Shown: piece after piece, positions 36,354-45,783 of the stretch
Position numbering within the stretch: the stretch's first letter is position 1
How the letters are laid out: each line of letters begins with the position of its first letter
Assembly (NCBI GenBank): GCA_965204745.1
Contig: OZ242010.1
Span: 4,352,001-4,416,000, forward strand
Direction: 5' to 3'
Origin: Candidatus Latescibacterota bacterium
GTDB lineage: Bacteria > Latescibacterota > UBA2968
Length of the DNA: 64,000 bases
Notes under the pieces: model-generated
Database searches by the model: none
The model's input: only the letters and a program-made list of their open reading frames with translations
Told to the model about the DNA's origin: nothing
Translations under genes and position numbers: made by a program

Positions 36354-36725
36354 CTACTTGGTGGTCGGAGATTGAGTGGCATGCTCTCGCAACAAATATT
36401 CCACGAGCACCTTTCGCCGTGCGGGCGCGATTTCGACCTTGGGCATGGGCGTTGCATATTTTTTTGAGTAGGCTTGCAACCGCGCATTGTCTTTGGCGTA
36501 CGCGGGGGGATCGATCAGGAATGCCTCTAAGGATTCGGGCGTCCACTTGTCTTGCAAGTCCTCTAAGCGCGGGCCTTGCGCTGTGCCGGTGCCGGTGATG
36601 TCATGGCATCTCGCGCATCCGGATTCGACAAAGACCGCCTTGCCATCGGGCGGCGCGGCGCAGGTCAGCAGGAGGGTCAAGGCCCCGACAACACCACAGA
36701 GGGCAATGGCGAAGGATCGTTTCAT
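36354..36725 (-). CDS. Monoheme cytochrome c, probable lipoprotein
   Basis: Signal peptide ending LLTC; CARCH heme motif; distal Met (PMP). Confidence 0.85.
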   Translation of the reverse strand: MKRSFAIALCGVVGALTLLLTCAAPPDGKAVFVESGCARCHDITGTGTAQGPRLEDLQDKWTPESLEAFLIDPPAYAKDNARLQAYSKKYATPMPKVEIAPARRKVLVEYLLREHATQSPTTK

Positions 36726-36798
36726 AAAATAAATTTGTCCGATTCCCCGGTCGGGCCATATCTTGCGGTCTCTCAAAAACGCGACAGGAGGAAAGGTC

Positions 36799-37992
36799 AT
36801 GAAACCCATTTACATCACCGGTAGCAAGCGCACGGCCATTGGGGGATTTATGGGCGGATTTGCCGAGGTCTCCGCGCCTCAACTCGGCAGTGCGGTCACA
36901 GCGGCTTCGCTTGGGCAGGCGGGCGTATCGGGCGATGATGTCGATGAAGTGATCTTTGGCAATGTCCTCGGCGCGGGCCTAGGCCAAAACGTCGCGCGTC
37001 AAGTGGCGATAGGCGCGGGAATCGACGCTTCGGTGGGCGCGACAACGGTCAACAAGGTGTGCGGGTCGGGCCTCAAATCCGTGATGCTCGCGGCGCAGGC
37101 CATCCAGTGCGGAGACGCGGACTTGATCCTCGCGGGCGGCACGGAAAACATGAGCCGCGCACCCTATTTGCTCGAAAACGCACGCGCGGGTTACAGGCTT
37201 GGATCCGGTGAACTCGTGGACACCGTCATTCGCGACGGCTTGTGGGATGTGTACAACGACCTGCACATGGGCACTTGCGGCGACCGGTGTGCAAAACGCT
37301 GCGGGTTCTCGCGCGACGACCAAGATGCGTACGCCATCAACAGCTATCAAAAAGCACTTCGCGCCGACAAAGAAGGCGGCTTTCGCAACGAGATCGCGCC
37401 CGTACAAGTTCCATCGGGCGAGACGATTACGACCATAGACCGAGATGAAGAACCCCTGCGATTTGACGAAAACAAATTGCGCCACCTGCGGCCCTCGTTC
37501 TCAAAAGATGGCACTGTGACCCCCGGCAACGCGTCGAGCATCAACGATGGCGCGGCCGCTGTCGTCGTCCTGTCCGAACAAAAAGCAACACGACGCGGCA
37601 TCGCGCCCGAAGCCAAAATTTTGGGATATGCCACGCATGCACAGGCCCCCGAGTGGTTCACCCTCGCGCCCATCGGCGCCATTGCCAAACTATTGTCCAA
37701 ACTCTCTCTGCGCGTGTCGGACATCGATCTGTTTGAAATCAACGAAGCCTTTTCCTGCGTGCCCATGGCCGCGGCCCATGACCTGAACATCCCCGCGGAA
37801 AAACTCAATGTTCACGGCGGCGCGGTCGCGCTTGGGCATCCCATTGGCGCGAGCGGCACGCGCATTCTCGTCACCCTCATTCACGCGCTCAAGCGCAGAC
37901 GCAAGCGCGTGGGCATTGCCGCATTGTGCATCGGCGGCGGCGAGGCCGTGGCGATGGCGGTGGCGCGGATAGACGAATCGGCGAATCGATGA
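36799..37992 (+). CDS. Acetyl-CoA C-acetyltransferase (thiolase)
   Basis: NKVCGSG, EINEAF, GHPIGASG and LCIGGG motifs. Confidence 0.95.
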   Translation: MKPIYITGSKRTAIGGFMGGFAEVSAPQLGSAVTAASLGQAGVSGDDVDEVIFGNVLGAGLGQNVARQVAIGAGIDASVGATTVNKVCGSGLKSVMLAAQAIQCGDADLILAGGTENMSRAPYLLENARAGYRLGSGELVDTVIRDGLWDVYNDLHMGTCGDRCAKRCGFSRDDQDAYAINSYQKALRADKEGGFRNEIAPVQVPSGETITTIDRDEEPLRFDENKLRHLRPSFSKDGTVTPGNASSINDGAAAVVVLSEQKATRRGIAPEAKILGYATHAQAPEWFTLAPIGAIAKLLSKLSLRVSDIDLFEINEAFSCVPMAAAHDLNIPAEKLNVHGGAVALGHPIGASGTRILVTLIHALKRRRKRVGIAALCIGGGEAVAMAVARIDESANR

Positions 37993-38113
37993 ATCGCAGG
38001 GACAGGCCCCGTTACCTGTCCACATCAACGCCCCCGTCGTCCACGCCAAAAAACGCGACGCGAATCGCAGTGGCAGGTCCACCTGCCCGCCGATTCGCGG
38101 ATTTCCCAATTCA

Positions 38114-40570
38114 TCACAGACTCAAAAGATAGGAAAGTTTGACGAGAACCGAGCGGTTCTTTCGGGTGAGGCCCGCGTTCGTGTCGTACGCGCTGTCGAA
38201 AACCACGAAGATGTCGCTACCGGGGCGGTACCGGTAATTGAGGAGAAAATTCGCGCTGGCAAATGCCTTGTCGTTATTCCACTGCACGAACAACTTGACG
38301 AAAAAGTCTGTGGAAAACGAGTACTGAAGGCGGTTGCTGAGGGTGTGGAGGTTCAAATTGCCTTGGGGCAGGCGAATCCAATCGCCTTGATACTCCGCTT
38401 CAAAGGTCAAGCGTCCAGACGGGCGAAACGAACTCTCCGACCGCAGGGTGTAGCGTTTTCCCGTGTAATACGTTCCGGCTTCAAACGAGATGCCTGGGCG
38501 CAATTTTCGGGCGCGGCTAGGGCGCGGCCCCGTGGCAAATGACGTGAACGTATAGGTGCCGGGGGGAATGCCTAGGTCGTCCCGCCGGTCAGAGGGGTAA
38601 AATGTCTCATCCACCACATCGCGCGTCCGCGTCAGTTCAAACCGCCAGTAGTCGCCCGTGTTGAACATCGCAAATATCGAGAGTTCCGCGGTCCAATACT
38701 TCACATCGTTGTCCCGATCCGTAAAAACTTGCGCTTCAGGCCCCATCGAAATGTAGCGGATATTCCCGAAATTCGGCCGCGGGCGGTAACGCGCATAAAT
38801 GTCGTAACGCCTGAAACCGTCCAGTCCACTTCTGCGATTGATAAACCCCACTGCCGGTTCAAACCGATCCTCGACATCGAGAAATTTGAGACGCGCCCAA
38901 TACATAGTGCCGCGATAATTCATCGACGCGAATCGCGCGTCGTCTGCTACGCCGAGTTCCGAATCCCAGGTGCGCGCGGCAAAGGCTTGAAAATTCAGGT
39001 TTGGCGTGGGGGAATAATTGAAGTCGATGCCGCCCGCGCGATTGTATCGGTTCCATCCGCCTGCGAGATCATCGACCTGTTTGTTGACCGCGATAAAGCC
39101 CACATTTGACCGCGCAAACACATCGCGCCGCACCCTGATCACCGAGTAGTTGGTGCGGGGTACGCGCACGGTGTCGCCATCTTCATCCAAAAACGTTTTC
39201 GCATCCGTCAACGCATTCAGCGCGCCGATGCTCGTCCGCCCTTCTTTCCCCGCGATCTTCGTGCCCACGAGGATGGGGATTTTCGTTTTTTCTTCGAGGC
39301 CGATGCGCCGGGAGTAAAACAAGAGGGTGGGCGGGCGCGTGCCGCTGCCGCTGAGGCGCGCTTGTTCCCCGAATTGAAAGAGGTTCGCGCCTTCGAGGAA
39401 GAACTCGCGCTTCTCCGGAAAAAACAGGCGGAATTGCGTGAGGTTGGTCTGTTCCTGGTCCGCTTCGACCTGCGCGAAATCCGTGTTGTACGACAAATCG
39501 AGCGAGATGTTCGACGTGATGCCATAGCGCAAGTCAGAGCCGATTTCAAACGCGGCATTTTCCCCCGGGTCCGTGGCCTGATCGTCGATGGCCGTGCCCG
39601 GCAAGGCGTAGGGCTTGACGAGAATGGGACGGCGCGCGCGAATGTCTTTGAGGCCCTGAAGTTCTCCGATGTCCGCCATGCGATACCGCTCGGTGGAAGA
39701 CGAACTCCGTTGCCCCACCACGAGTTGGGCGGCCTGATTTTTGCGCGCATTGTAGCGCGACAGATTGATGCCCCAAGTGATGTCGTCCGATTGCTTAAAG
39801 CGCAGTTGGCTAAACGGGATTTCGACCTCCACGATCCAGCGGTCCGGATGGTGTTTGGTGCGCGCGGTCCAGTTGCAATCCCAATCCCGGTTGTACGTGC
39901 GTCCCTCGTTGGAGAGCATCAAATCGCTTTGCGCGCCCAAGGGGTTGACAAAAAAGAAAAAGCCGTTTTGCCGATCATTGTACGTGTCCAACAGGATTTG
40001 CACATTGTCATCGCCGTAAATTTCAGAGTCGCGGCGCATGTTGTTCGCGATGAACCGCGAGGAATCCGGGACGAAGCACTCAAACCCAAAGTAGATGCTC
40101 TTGTCCGTATAGACAATGCGCGCCACGGTTTGCTCCGCACTCGGCATCCAGTAGTTCGGATCGCGCTGGACAAATCCCGTGATCGGCCTCGCCCGCGCCC
40201 AGGCCGGGTCGTCCAAAACACCGTCCACCTCGGGCCGCTCGTCAACGCGCATCGCATGCACGACCCGCTTCGCCCGCCGCGCTGTGCCGCGTGTTCCAGA
40301 CACCACCACCACATCCCCGGGCTTCACCCCTGCGTTGTCCTCTGCGACGATACGCGCCACGACCAACTCGGGCAATTCCTTGATGACCTCGAGCCTCGCG
40401 CCCTCAACCCGGCCGTTTTGCACCGTGAGATTCGCCCACACAGGCGCCAACCCATTCAAACCCGCCACATAAGCGAGCTCGCCCGCAACGCGTTGTACGG
40501 TCCCCTCTCGCGCCACCCCCTCACTTGCACACAACAGGGAAAATACCAATGCGAAATGAATTTTTTTCAT
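38114..40570 (-). CDS. DUF5916 / CBM9-like domain outer-membrane protein
   Basis: Signal peptide; DGVLDDPAW, NTDFAQVEAD, FPEKREFFLEG and FYSRRIG motifs; barrel-like C-terminus. Confidence 0.8.
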   Translation of the reverse strand: MKKIHFALVFSLLCASEGVAREGTVQRVAGELAYVAGLNGLAPVWANLTVQNGRVEGARLEVIKELPELVVARIVAEDNAGVKPGDVVVVSGTRGTARRAKRVVHAMRVDERPEVDGVLDDPAWARARPITGFVQRDPNYWMPSAEQTVARIVYTDKSIYFGFECFVPDSSRFIANNMRRDSEIYGDDNVQILLDTYNDRQNGFFFFVNPLGAQSDLMLSNEGRTYNRDWDCNWTARTKHHPDRWIVEVEIPFSQLRFKQSDDITWGINLSRYNARKNQAAQLVVGQRSSSSTERYRMADIGELQGLKDIRARRPILVKPYALPGTAIDDQATDPGENAAFEIGSDLRYGITSNISLDLSYNTDFAQVEADQEQTNLTQFRLFFPEKREFFLEGANLFQFGEQARLSGSGTRPPTLLFYSRRIGLEEKTKIPILVGTKIAGKEGRTSIGALNALTDAKTFLDEDGDTVRVPRTNYSVIRVRRDVFARSNVGFIAVNKQVDDLAGGWNRYNRAGGIDFNYSPTPNLNFQAFAARTWDSELGVADDARFASMNYRGTMYWARLKFLDVEDRFEPAVGFINRRSGLDGFRRYDIYARYRPRPNFGNIRYISMGPEAQVFTDRDNDVKYWTAELSIFAMFNTGDYWRFELTRTRDVVDETFYPSDRRDDLGIPPGTYTFTSFATGPRPSRARKLRPGISFEAGTYYTGKRYTLRSESSFRPSGRLTFEAEYQGDWIRLPQGNLNLHTLSNRLQYSFSTDFFVKLFVQWNNDKAFASANFLLNYRYRPGSDIFVVFDSAYDTNAGLTRKNRSVLVKLSYLLSL

Positions 40571-40572
40571 AG

Positions 40573-41850
40573 CTAAAAAAGTGCGAGTTGTCGATCCAAA
40601 GCACCGCAGACGTATTGCGGTGTGTGTTTTTGACTGCCGCTCCAAGTGGCGTAAACGCAGTATTCGAAAAGCTCTTTTTTGCGTTTTCGGATGACCTCGC
40701 TGCCTATGTTCGAGAATCCGAGGTTTTTCAGGGAATTTTCGAGCACCTTTTCCGTGTGAACCCGAACCCCGTAGAAACTGGAATTGCCGACAATATACGC
40801 GAGCGCGGTGCCTTTCTTCAGGCTTTTTCGCAAATTTTGAAGGTGCATGTGCATATCGTGAAAATATTTCCAGACGTAGTTTGCCATCAGCAAGGCGTTC
40901 TTTTGTTCGGTTTCCAAAATTTGACAAACGACTGATTTCAACGATTCTGGAAGGTCGAGGCCGTTTGATTTCCAATCGTGAAGCCGGCTGGTGGCAACCC
41001 CCCATGTCCCGCCAATTGCTTTCCAATCCAATTCACCCGCTGCTCTGGCTGAAGCGAGAAATTTTGTCCAATACATGTAAGGGCGAAGTTCCCGGATATA
41101 ACTGATGCGATTGGGATATGGCGGAGACGTGACAACATGGGAATATTGCACCCCATCAATTGAAACGGGTTGCCGCGAATCCTCGTCATGCACCGACGCG
41201 GAACCGGTCAGCTCTTCACCGGCACTTTTGACGATTGCGTTCAATATCTTTTGGTACAGGGATTCAATTTGGTCGATCTCATAAGTCGTTGCTTTGTCGT
41301 GAAAGGACATGGACACATGGTTGAATGCCGCTGAAGACGTTTCGATGACCAAGCGACAAAACGCTATCCACGCCAAGTTCGCAACGCGGTCCTCTTTGGG
41401 TTCTCCAACTCGGTTGACCAGGGCTTTGCGAAGTGCTGCGAGTGCCTTCAAGGTGTGTTTGCACCACCACCGCGTAATATTGTGGATTTGGGGCATCCAG
41501 TTGTCTCGATTCGCGATCTCCTTGCAATCCGCCAGAGCTTTATCGCTTTCCGTTTTCAGCCTTTCCAATTCGACCTGTGAGTAGTTGCGGCACTTGGCGT
41601 TTCCAAGCCAAACGAGAAATGGGTTTATGTCGAGACAATGTGCGGATAATCCCCGTTCTGCGGCGACCAACCCGCTCGTCCCCGTACCGGAAAAGGGATC
41701 GAGGATAAAGGCATCCTTTGGGACGCCATCCATCATCTCCTCAACCAACTTGACCGAATAGGCGGGGGTCAAACGCAACCACCCATGCCTGCCGAGTTGC
41801 GCGTTGTATTTGAAGGTGTAATCCGACCGCTGTGTTAGTTTCGCGTCCAT
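40573..41850 (-). CDS. DNA methyltransferase, probably N4-cytosine (motif I before motif IV)
   Basis: LDPFSGTGT and VTSPPY motifs. Confidence 0.85.
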   Translation of the reverse strand: MDAKLTQRSDYTFKYNAQLGRHGWLRLTPAYSVKLVEEMMDGVPKDAFILDPFSGTGTSGLVAAERGLSAHCLDINPFLVWLGNAKCRNYSQVELERLKTESDKALADCKEIANRDNWMPQIHNITRWWCKHTLKALAALRKALVNRVGEPKEDRVANLAWIAFCRLVIETSSAAFNHVSMSFHDKATTYEIDQIESLYQKILNAIVKSAGEELTGSASVHDEDSRQPVSIDGVQYSHVVTSPPYPNRISYIRELRPYMYWTKFLASARAAGELDWKAIGGTWGVATSRLHDWKSNGLDLPESLKSVVCQILETEQKNALLMANYVWKYFHDMHMHLQNLRKSLKKGTALAYIVGNSSFYGVRVHTEKVLENSLKNLGFSNIGSEVIRKRKKELFEYCVYATWSGSQKHTPQYVCGALDRQLALF

Positions 41851-41884
41851 CACTCGGCACTCCGTAGTGTTTCAACTGGGGCAG

Positions 41885-42094
41885 TCATGCACTGATCGCG
41901 ACGGGCAATTTGTTGAGCGTGAGTTTTTTGAGTTCGACCTTCGCGCTGGCGTGATCGATGTCAATGCCGACCAGCTTGCCCTCTGCATCGTAGTCGAGGA
42001 TCACGCCTTCCGATATTTCCCGACTTTCAACGCTGGCTCGCTCAGATAGGTCGATGTACAGGGAATCCGTTTCCGGGTAGTAATTGAGTCTCAT
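41885..42094 (-). CDS. DUF2283-domain protein (antitoxin-like)
   Basis: YYPETDSLYIDL...ILDYDAEGKLVGIDI. Confidence 0.85.
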   Translation of the reverse strand: MRLNYYPETDSLYIDLSERASVESREISEGVILDYDAEGKLVGIDIDHASAKVELKKLTLNKLPVAISA

Positions 42095-43020
42095 GGCCTA
42101 AAACCTAGATACCAGGGATCAATTGACATCTTCGCAGGCTCGTCAAATGGTACAGGAAATAAATGCTCATAAAAAAAACGTCCAAGCATTAGTCCCGAAC
42201 AAATTATTTTTGTCGGATACTCGTCTTTAGATGTTTCTGGCGAATATCTATAGTACATACTGTCTTTGACCTGTTCTAACGCTGTCTGAAACCAATTTTT
42301 TTCAATTTTTGCTGGATCATGGCTATTCAAAATTGCCGTGTAATTGCTTTTCTCTATTCTATTGGCTATCCGCTCCCAATCTTGAATTTGTTGTTGCCTA
42401 TTTTTGTTTTTCAGTTCTTCTATATCTTTCTCAACTTGTGTTCTGAACTTGGAATACTCCTCGGCAAATATCTTGGATTCTGCTTCTATAGCAGCTTGAA
42501 GTTTTGGAGGCAACGACTGGTATATCTTTCTGAGATCATGCCCCGCATCAAATAAGAACTTTTCATTTTGCCGATATTCTGCATGTGTCTTGATCGCCTT
42601 TAAGCACAGTTCTATTGCTTGGGATATATTCGTCATCACAACTCTCTCGCGGTCTAATGTATTCTCCTGTGCAAATTTCCAGAGCTTCTCCATTTGCATG
42701 GAGTTGTGAAAAAAATAAAGTTGAAGGCGCGAGGAATGTGGTTTTTCATTATTTAGCAATATTGGTGCTACCATCCTTCTGTACTTTTGCCATATCGTGT
42801 CCAAGTGATACTCGTCTGCGAGTTTTCCTATCACGTAATAGACGTTACCTCGCTTCCAGAAATTATGATACTCAGCAGCTCGTGGCCCCGTAAACAGTTC
42901 GGGCTCAAACAGTTCATATTGCTTATTTTTTTTACTTACAACTTTGAAAGAATATGGCAACCTTTTCCGAAGGTCCTCGATCCAGTTATTCTCTTGTTGG
43001 AGGGCAAAATAATCTGACAT
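42091..43020 (-). CDS. HEPN-like domain protein with an unknown N-terminal region
   Basis: QAIELCLKA...GHDLRKIY...YYRY; strongly AT-rich; ATG 43020 with AAGGGG RBS. Confidence 0.6.
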   Translation of the reverse strand: MSDYFALQQENNWIEDLRKRLPYSFKVVSKKNKQYELFEPELFTGPRAAEYHNFWKRGNVYYVIGKLADEYHLDTIWQKYRRMVAPILLNNEKPHSSRLQLYFFHNSMQMEKLWKFAQENTLDRERVVMTNISQAIELCLKAIKTHAEYRQNEKFLFDAGHDLRKIYQSLPPKLQAAIEAESKIFAEEYSKFRTQVEKDIEELKNKNRQQQIQDWERIANRIEKSNYTAILNSHDPAKIEKNWFQTALEQVKDSMYYRYSPETSKDEYPTKIICSGLMLGRFFYEHLFPVPFDEPAKMSIDPWYLGFRP

Positions 43021-43039
43021 AACTAAACCCCTTTCGTTT

Positions 43040-43138
43040 TTAGTGGATGCGCTCGTCGCGGTCTTCGCTTGTAATTTCGGCGTGGTCCTCGGCAATTGCT
43101 TGGTCAAAGTAAGTCTCGTTTAGTGTTGTTGTTGCCAT
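43040..43138 (-). pseudogene. 32-codon ORF, probably a truncated gene start
   Basis: GAGGA RBS; MATTTLNETYFDQAIAEDHAEITSEDRDERIH*. Confidence 0.35.
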
Positions 43139-43177
43139 GTTTAATCCTCATAGAATCGCGTTGAAAGCCCCAATGCT

Positions 43178-44212
43178 TTAGAGCATGTGATCGACGCCGA
43201 GTTTGATGCCGGTTTCGGGGTGTGCGTTCATTTGCATGTAGGCTTCGGCGACGTGGGTGAATGGCACGATGGGATCGATCAGGCCCTCGGCGGTTAGGCG
43301 GCCTTCCACGAGCAGGTCAAAGGCTTCTTTGTTGCCGCGTGCTTTGTTCCAGCCGTAATCCAGCCAGGGTTCGCTGTCGGAGCGCACGGAAATGATGCTG
43401 ATCCGATTGCGATGCCATTCGCCGGTCAAATGCAGGTTTTGCATGGGCGCGTTGTAATAGGCGGTGGAGACCACCGTGCCCTGATAGCGCGTTGCGCGCA
43501 GCGCGTCTGTCATCGCGGCGGAAGACCCGCTGGTTTCCATAGCGACATCCACGCCGAGTTTTTCAGTGGCCCGTTTGATCGCCATGCCCACATCGGCCTC
43601 GCGTGGGTCCAACGCGATATCCGCGCCGTACGCCTCGGCAATCAGGCATCGCTTTTCAATGGGGTCGATAGCGGCAACCCAGCGCGCGCCTGCGACGCGG
43701 GCGAGTTGCACGGTCATCAACCCAATCGCGCCCAGGCCAAAAACCGCGACGCGATCCCCAATGCGAATGTGGGCATCGCGCACCCCACACAGAGCAACGC
43801 CCGTGGGATCGGTCGCCATCAGGCTTTGCCACGAAACGCCATCCGGCGCGCACTCAATGCGGGCAACGGAAAGGGTATGGGTCTCTCGCACAGAGGCATG
43901 ACCAAAAATGCGATCCCCCACGCGAACTGTTGACACCTCCGCTCCCACTTCCATCACCTCGGCCACAAACATATTGCCCAACCGCTTTGGAAACGCGGCT
44001 TTCTGCTTTTGCCCGCGCAAATGCAGGCGCCATTCCCAACTAAACACATCGGACGCGTCGAGCGTATTGGCTTGAAACCCCCGAAACTCCGTGCCGTGTT
44101 TCACCGCGGAAAACAGCGTTCTCGCACGCACTTGCTCGCGCTTGAGGGGTTCTTCATCGTATTCGCGCAGGGTCGCGTGACCCGGGCGGTCTGCAATGAG
44201 TTCGCGTGGCAT
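43178..44212 (-). CDS. Medium-chain (zinc-binding family) dehydrogenase
   Basis: SAVKHGTE, EVGAEVSTVRVGDRI and Rossmann motif VFGLGAIG. Confidence 0.85.
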   Translation of the reverse strand: MPRELIADRPGHATLREYDEEPLKREQVRARTLFSAVKHGTEFRGFQANTLDASDVFSWEWRLHLRGQKQKAAFPKRLGNMFVAEVMEVGAEVSTVRVGDRIFGHASVRETHTLSVARIECAPDGVSWQSLMATDPTGVALCGVRDAHIRIGDRVAVFGLGAIGLMTVQLARVAGARWVAAIDPIEKRCLIAEAYGADIALDPREADVGMAIKRATEKLGVDVAMETSGSSAAMTDALRATRYQGTVVSTAYYNAPMQNLHLTGEWHRNRISIISVRSDSEPWLDYGWNKARGNKEAFDLLVEGRLTAEGLIDPIVPFTHVAEAYMQMNAHPETGIKLGVDHML

Positions 44213-44379
44213 AAGTTCTCCTTTTTAAGTGCAGAGTTACAGGACGCGACAAATAGCGTGCAAAAAAATAAAAAAAGAAAAGTGGCGTGGCAAGCAGAAT
44301 AGGCGGAATTTGGCACTTGTGTTGGGATGAGAAATTCGTTTATTGAAAGCCACGCACCGGGAAATGATGGGGAGGCGAG

Positions 44380-45585
44380 ATGTCCAAAAATACCGAAGCC
44401 CTGTTGAAGCGTTATGGCGAGGTGCTCGTGCGCGGGTACATGCCCCACAAGAACATTTTTGGCATGGCGGGCCTGGGCTATCCCGCGTTTGTCCAACGCG
44501 CTGCGGGGGCGCGGTTTTGGGATGTGGATGGCAAGGCGTACTTGGATTACATCTTGGGATTTGGCCCCATTGTCTTGGGCTATGACGACCCGGCCGTGTG
44601 TCGGGCGATTGCGGAACAGATGGCACGCGGCGCGGTGTACGGTTTGGCGCATCCCAAAGAGTTGGAGGTCGCAGACTTGCTCATCGAAGTGATTCCCCAT
44701 GCCGAGATGGTGGGGTTTTTCCTCGGCGGCAGCGCGGCGACTTCTGCGGCTGTGCGCCTGTCCCGTGCCCATACCGGGCGCGACAAAGTGATCAGGTGCG
44801 GGTATCACGGTTGGCACGACTGGGCGCGGCCCGGGGACGTAGGCGTTCCGCAAACCGTCAGCGCGTTGACCCTCACTGTGCCCTACGGGGACTTGGATGC
44901 CCTCGAAAATTGCTTGAAACGGCATGGCGATCAGGTGGCCTGTGTGGTGATGGAGACGATTCAAGCGGACGGCCCGCCGGATGGATTTTTGCAGGGATGC
45001 GTGGATGTGACACGCACGCACGGCGCGGTCTGCGTATTTGACGAAACAAAGGTGGGATTTCGCATGGCGATGGGCGGCGCGGGCGACTACTACGGGGTGA
45101 TACCCGATATTGCGACTTATGGCAAGGCGTGTTGCAATGGGTATGCCGGGAGTTTTATCGCTGGCAAGCGCGACATTTTGGGGTCAAAAGCGTGCCGTGC
45201 CGCGTGGATGACCGCAACCGCACACGCGGACCCGCTCAGTTTGACGGCCATCTCGGTCGTGGTGCGCGAACTCCAGCAGCGCGGCGGCATTGCGTATCAA
45301 TGGAAAATCGGCAACAGACTCATGGAAGGAGTCAACGCGGCGTGCAAGGCGGCCGGGCTGAGTTATCGCCTCATCGGCGTTGGCCCGATGCCGCGTCCCG
45401 CAATCGCAGATGACGACCGCTCGCGCTGTCTCGACATGCTGCGCGGATGCCTCGCCCGCGGCCATTACTTGCATCCGTCCCATCCGATGTTCCTCTCGCT
45501 CGCCCACACAGAGGCAGATATCGAAGCCACTATCGCGGCGGTGGCAGAGGCCGTGGAGAGCATAGGTGAAAAGCGGGAGAGGTAA
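44380..45585 (+). CDS. Class III aminotransferase (GSA aminomutase-like)
   Basis: WDVDGKAYLDY, GYHGWHD, VFDETKVGFR and ATYGKA (PLP Lys) motifs. Confidence 0.88.
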   Translation: MSKNTEALLKRYGEVLVRGYMPHKNIFGMAGLGYPAFVQRAAGARFWDVDGKAYLDYILGFGPIVLGYDDPAVCRAIAEQMARGAVYGLAHPKELEVADLLIEVIPHAEMVGFFLGGSAATSAAVRLSRAHTGRDKVIRCGYHGWHDWARPGDVGVPQTVSALTLTVPYGDLDALENCLKRHGDQVACVVMETIQADGPPDGFLQGCVDVTRTHGAVCVFDETKVGFRMAMGGAGDYYGVIPDIATYGKACCNGYAGSFIAGKRDILGSKACRAAWMTATAHADPLSLTAISVVVRELQQRGGIAYQWKIGNRLMEGVNAACKAAGLSYRLIGVGPMPRPAIADDDRSRCLDMLRGCLARGHYLHPSHPMFLSLAHTEADIEATIAAVAEAVESIGEKRER

Positions 45586-45775
45586 GAGGCAAGAGGCAAG
45601 AGGCAAGAGGCAAGAGGCAAGAGGCAAGAGGTAAGAGGCAAGATACAAGACATGAGATGGGAGAGGGATTTTAGCCACGAGCGGGGTACAACTGGCGATA
45701 GCCTGTTCAAAGGCACAAAAACACAAAAGACGATCTGTATGTAGGGGCGATGCCCCCATGCCCGCCCAAAGAGAG
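45578..45775. repeat. (GAGGCAA)n heptamer tract plus the composite repeat with a GTAG hairpin
   Basis: Direct reading; shares AGCCACGAGCGGGGTA.AACTGGCGA.AGCC.GTTCAAAGGCACAAAA with 36001-36050. Confidence 0.88.
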
Positions 45776-45783
45776 GAGCAACC

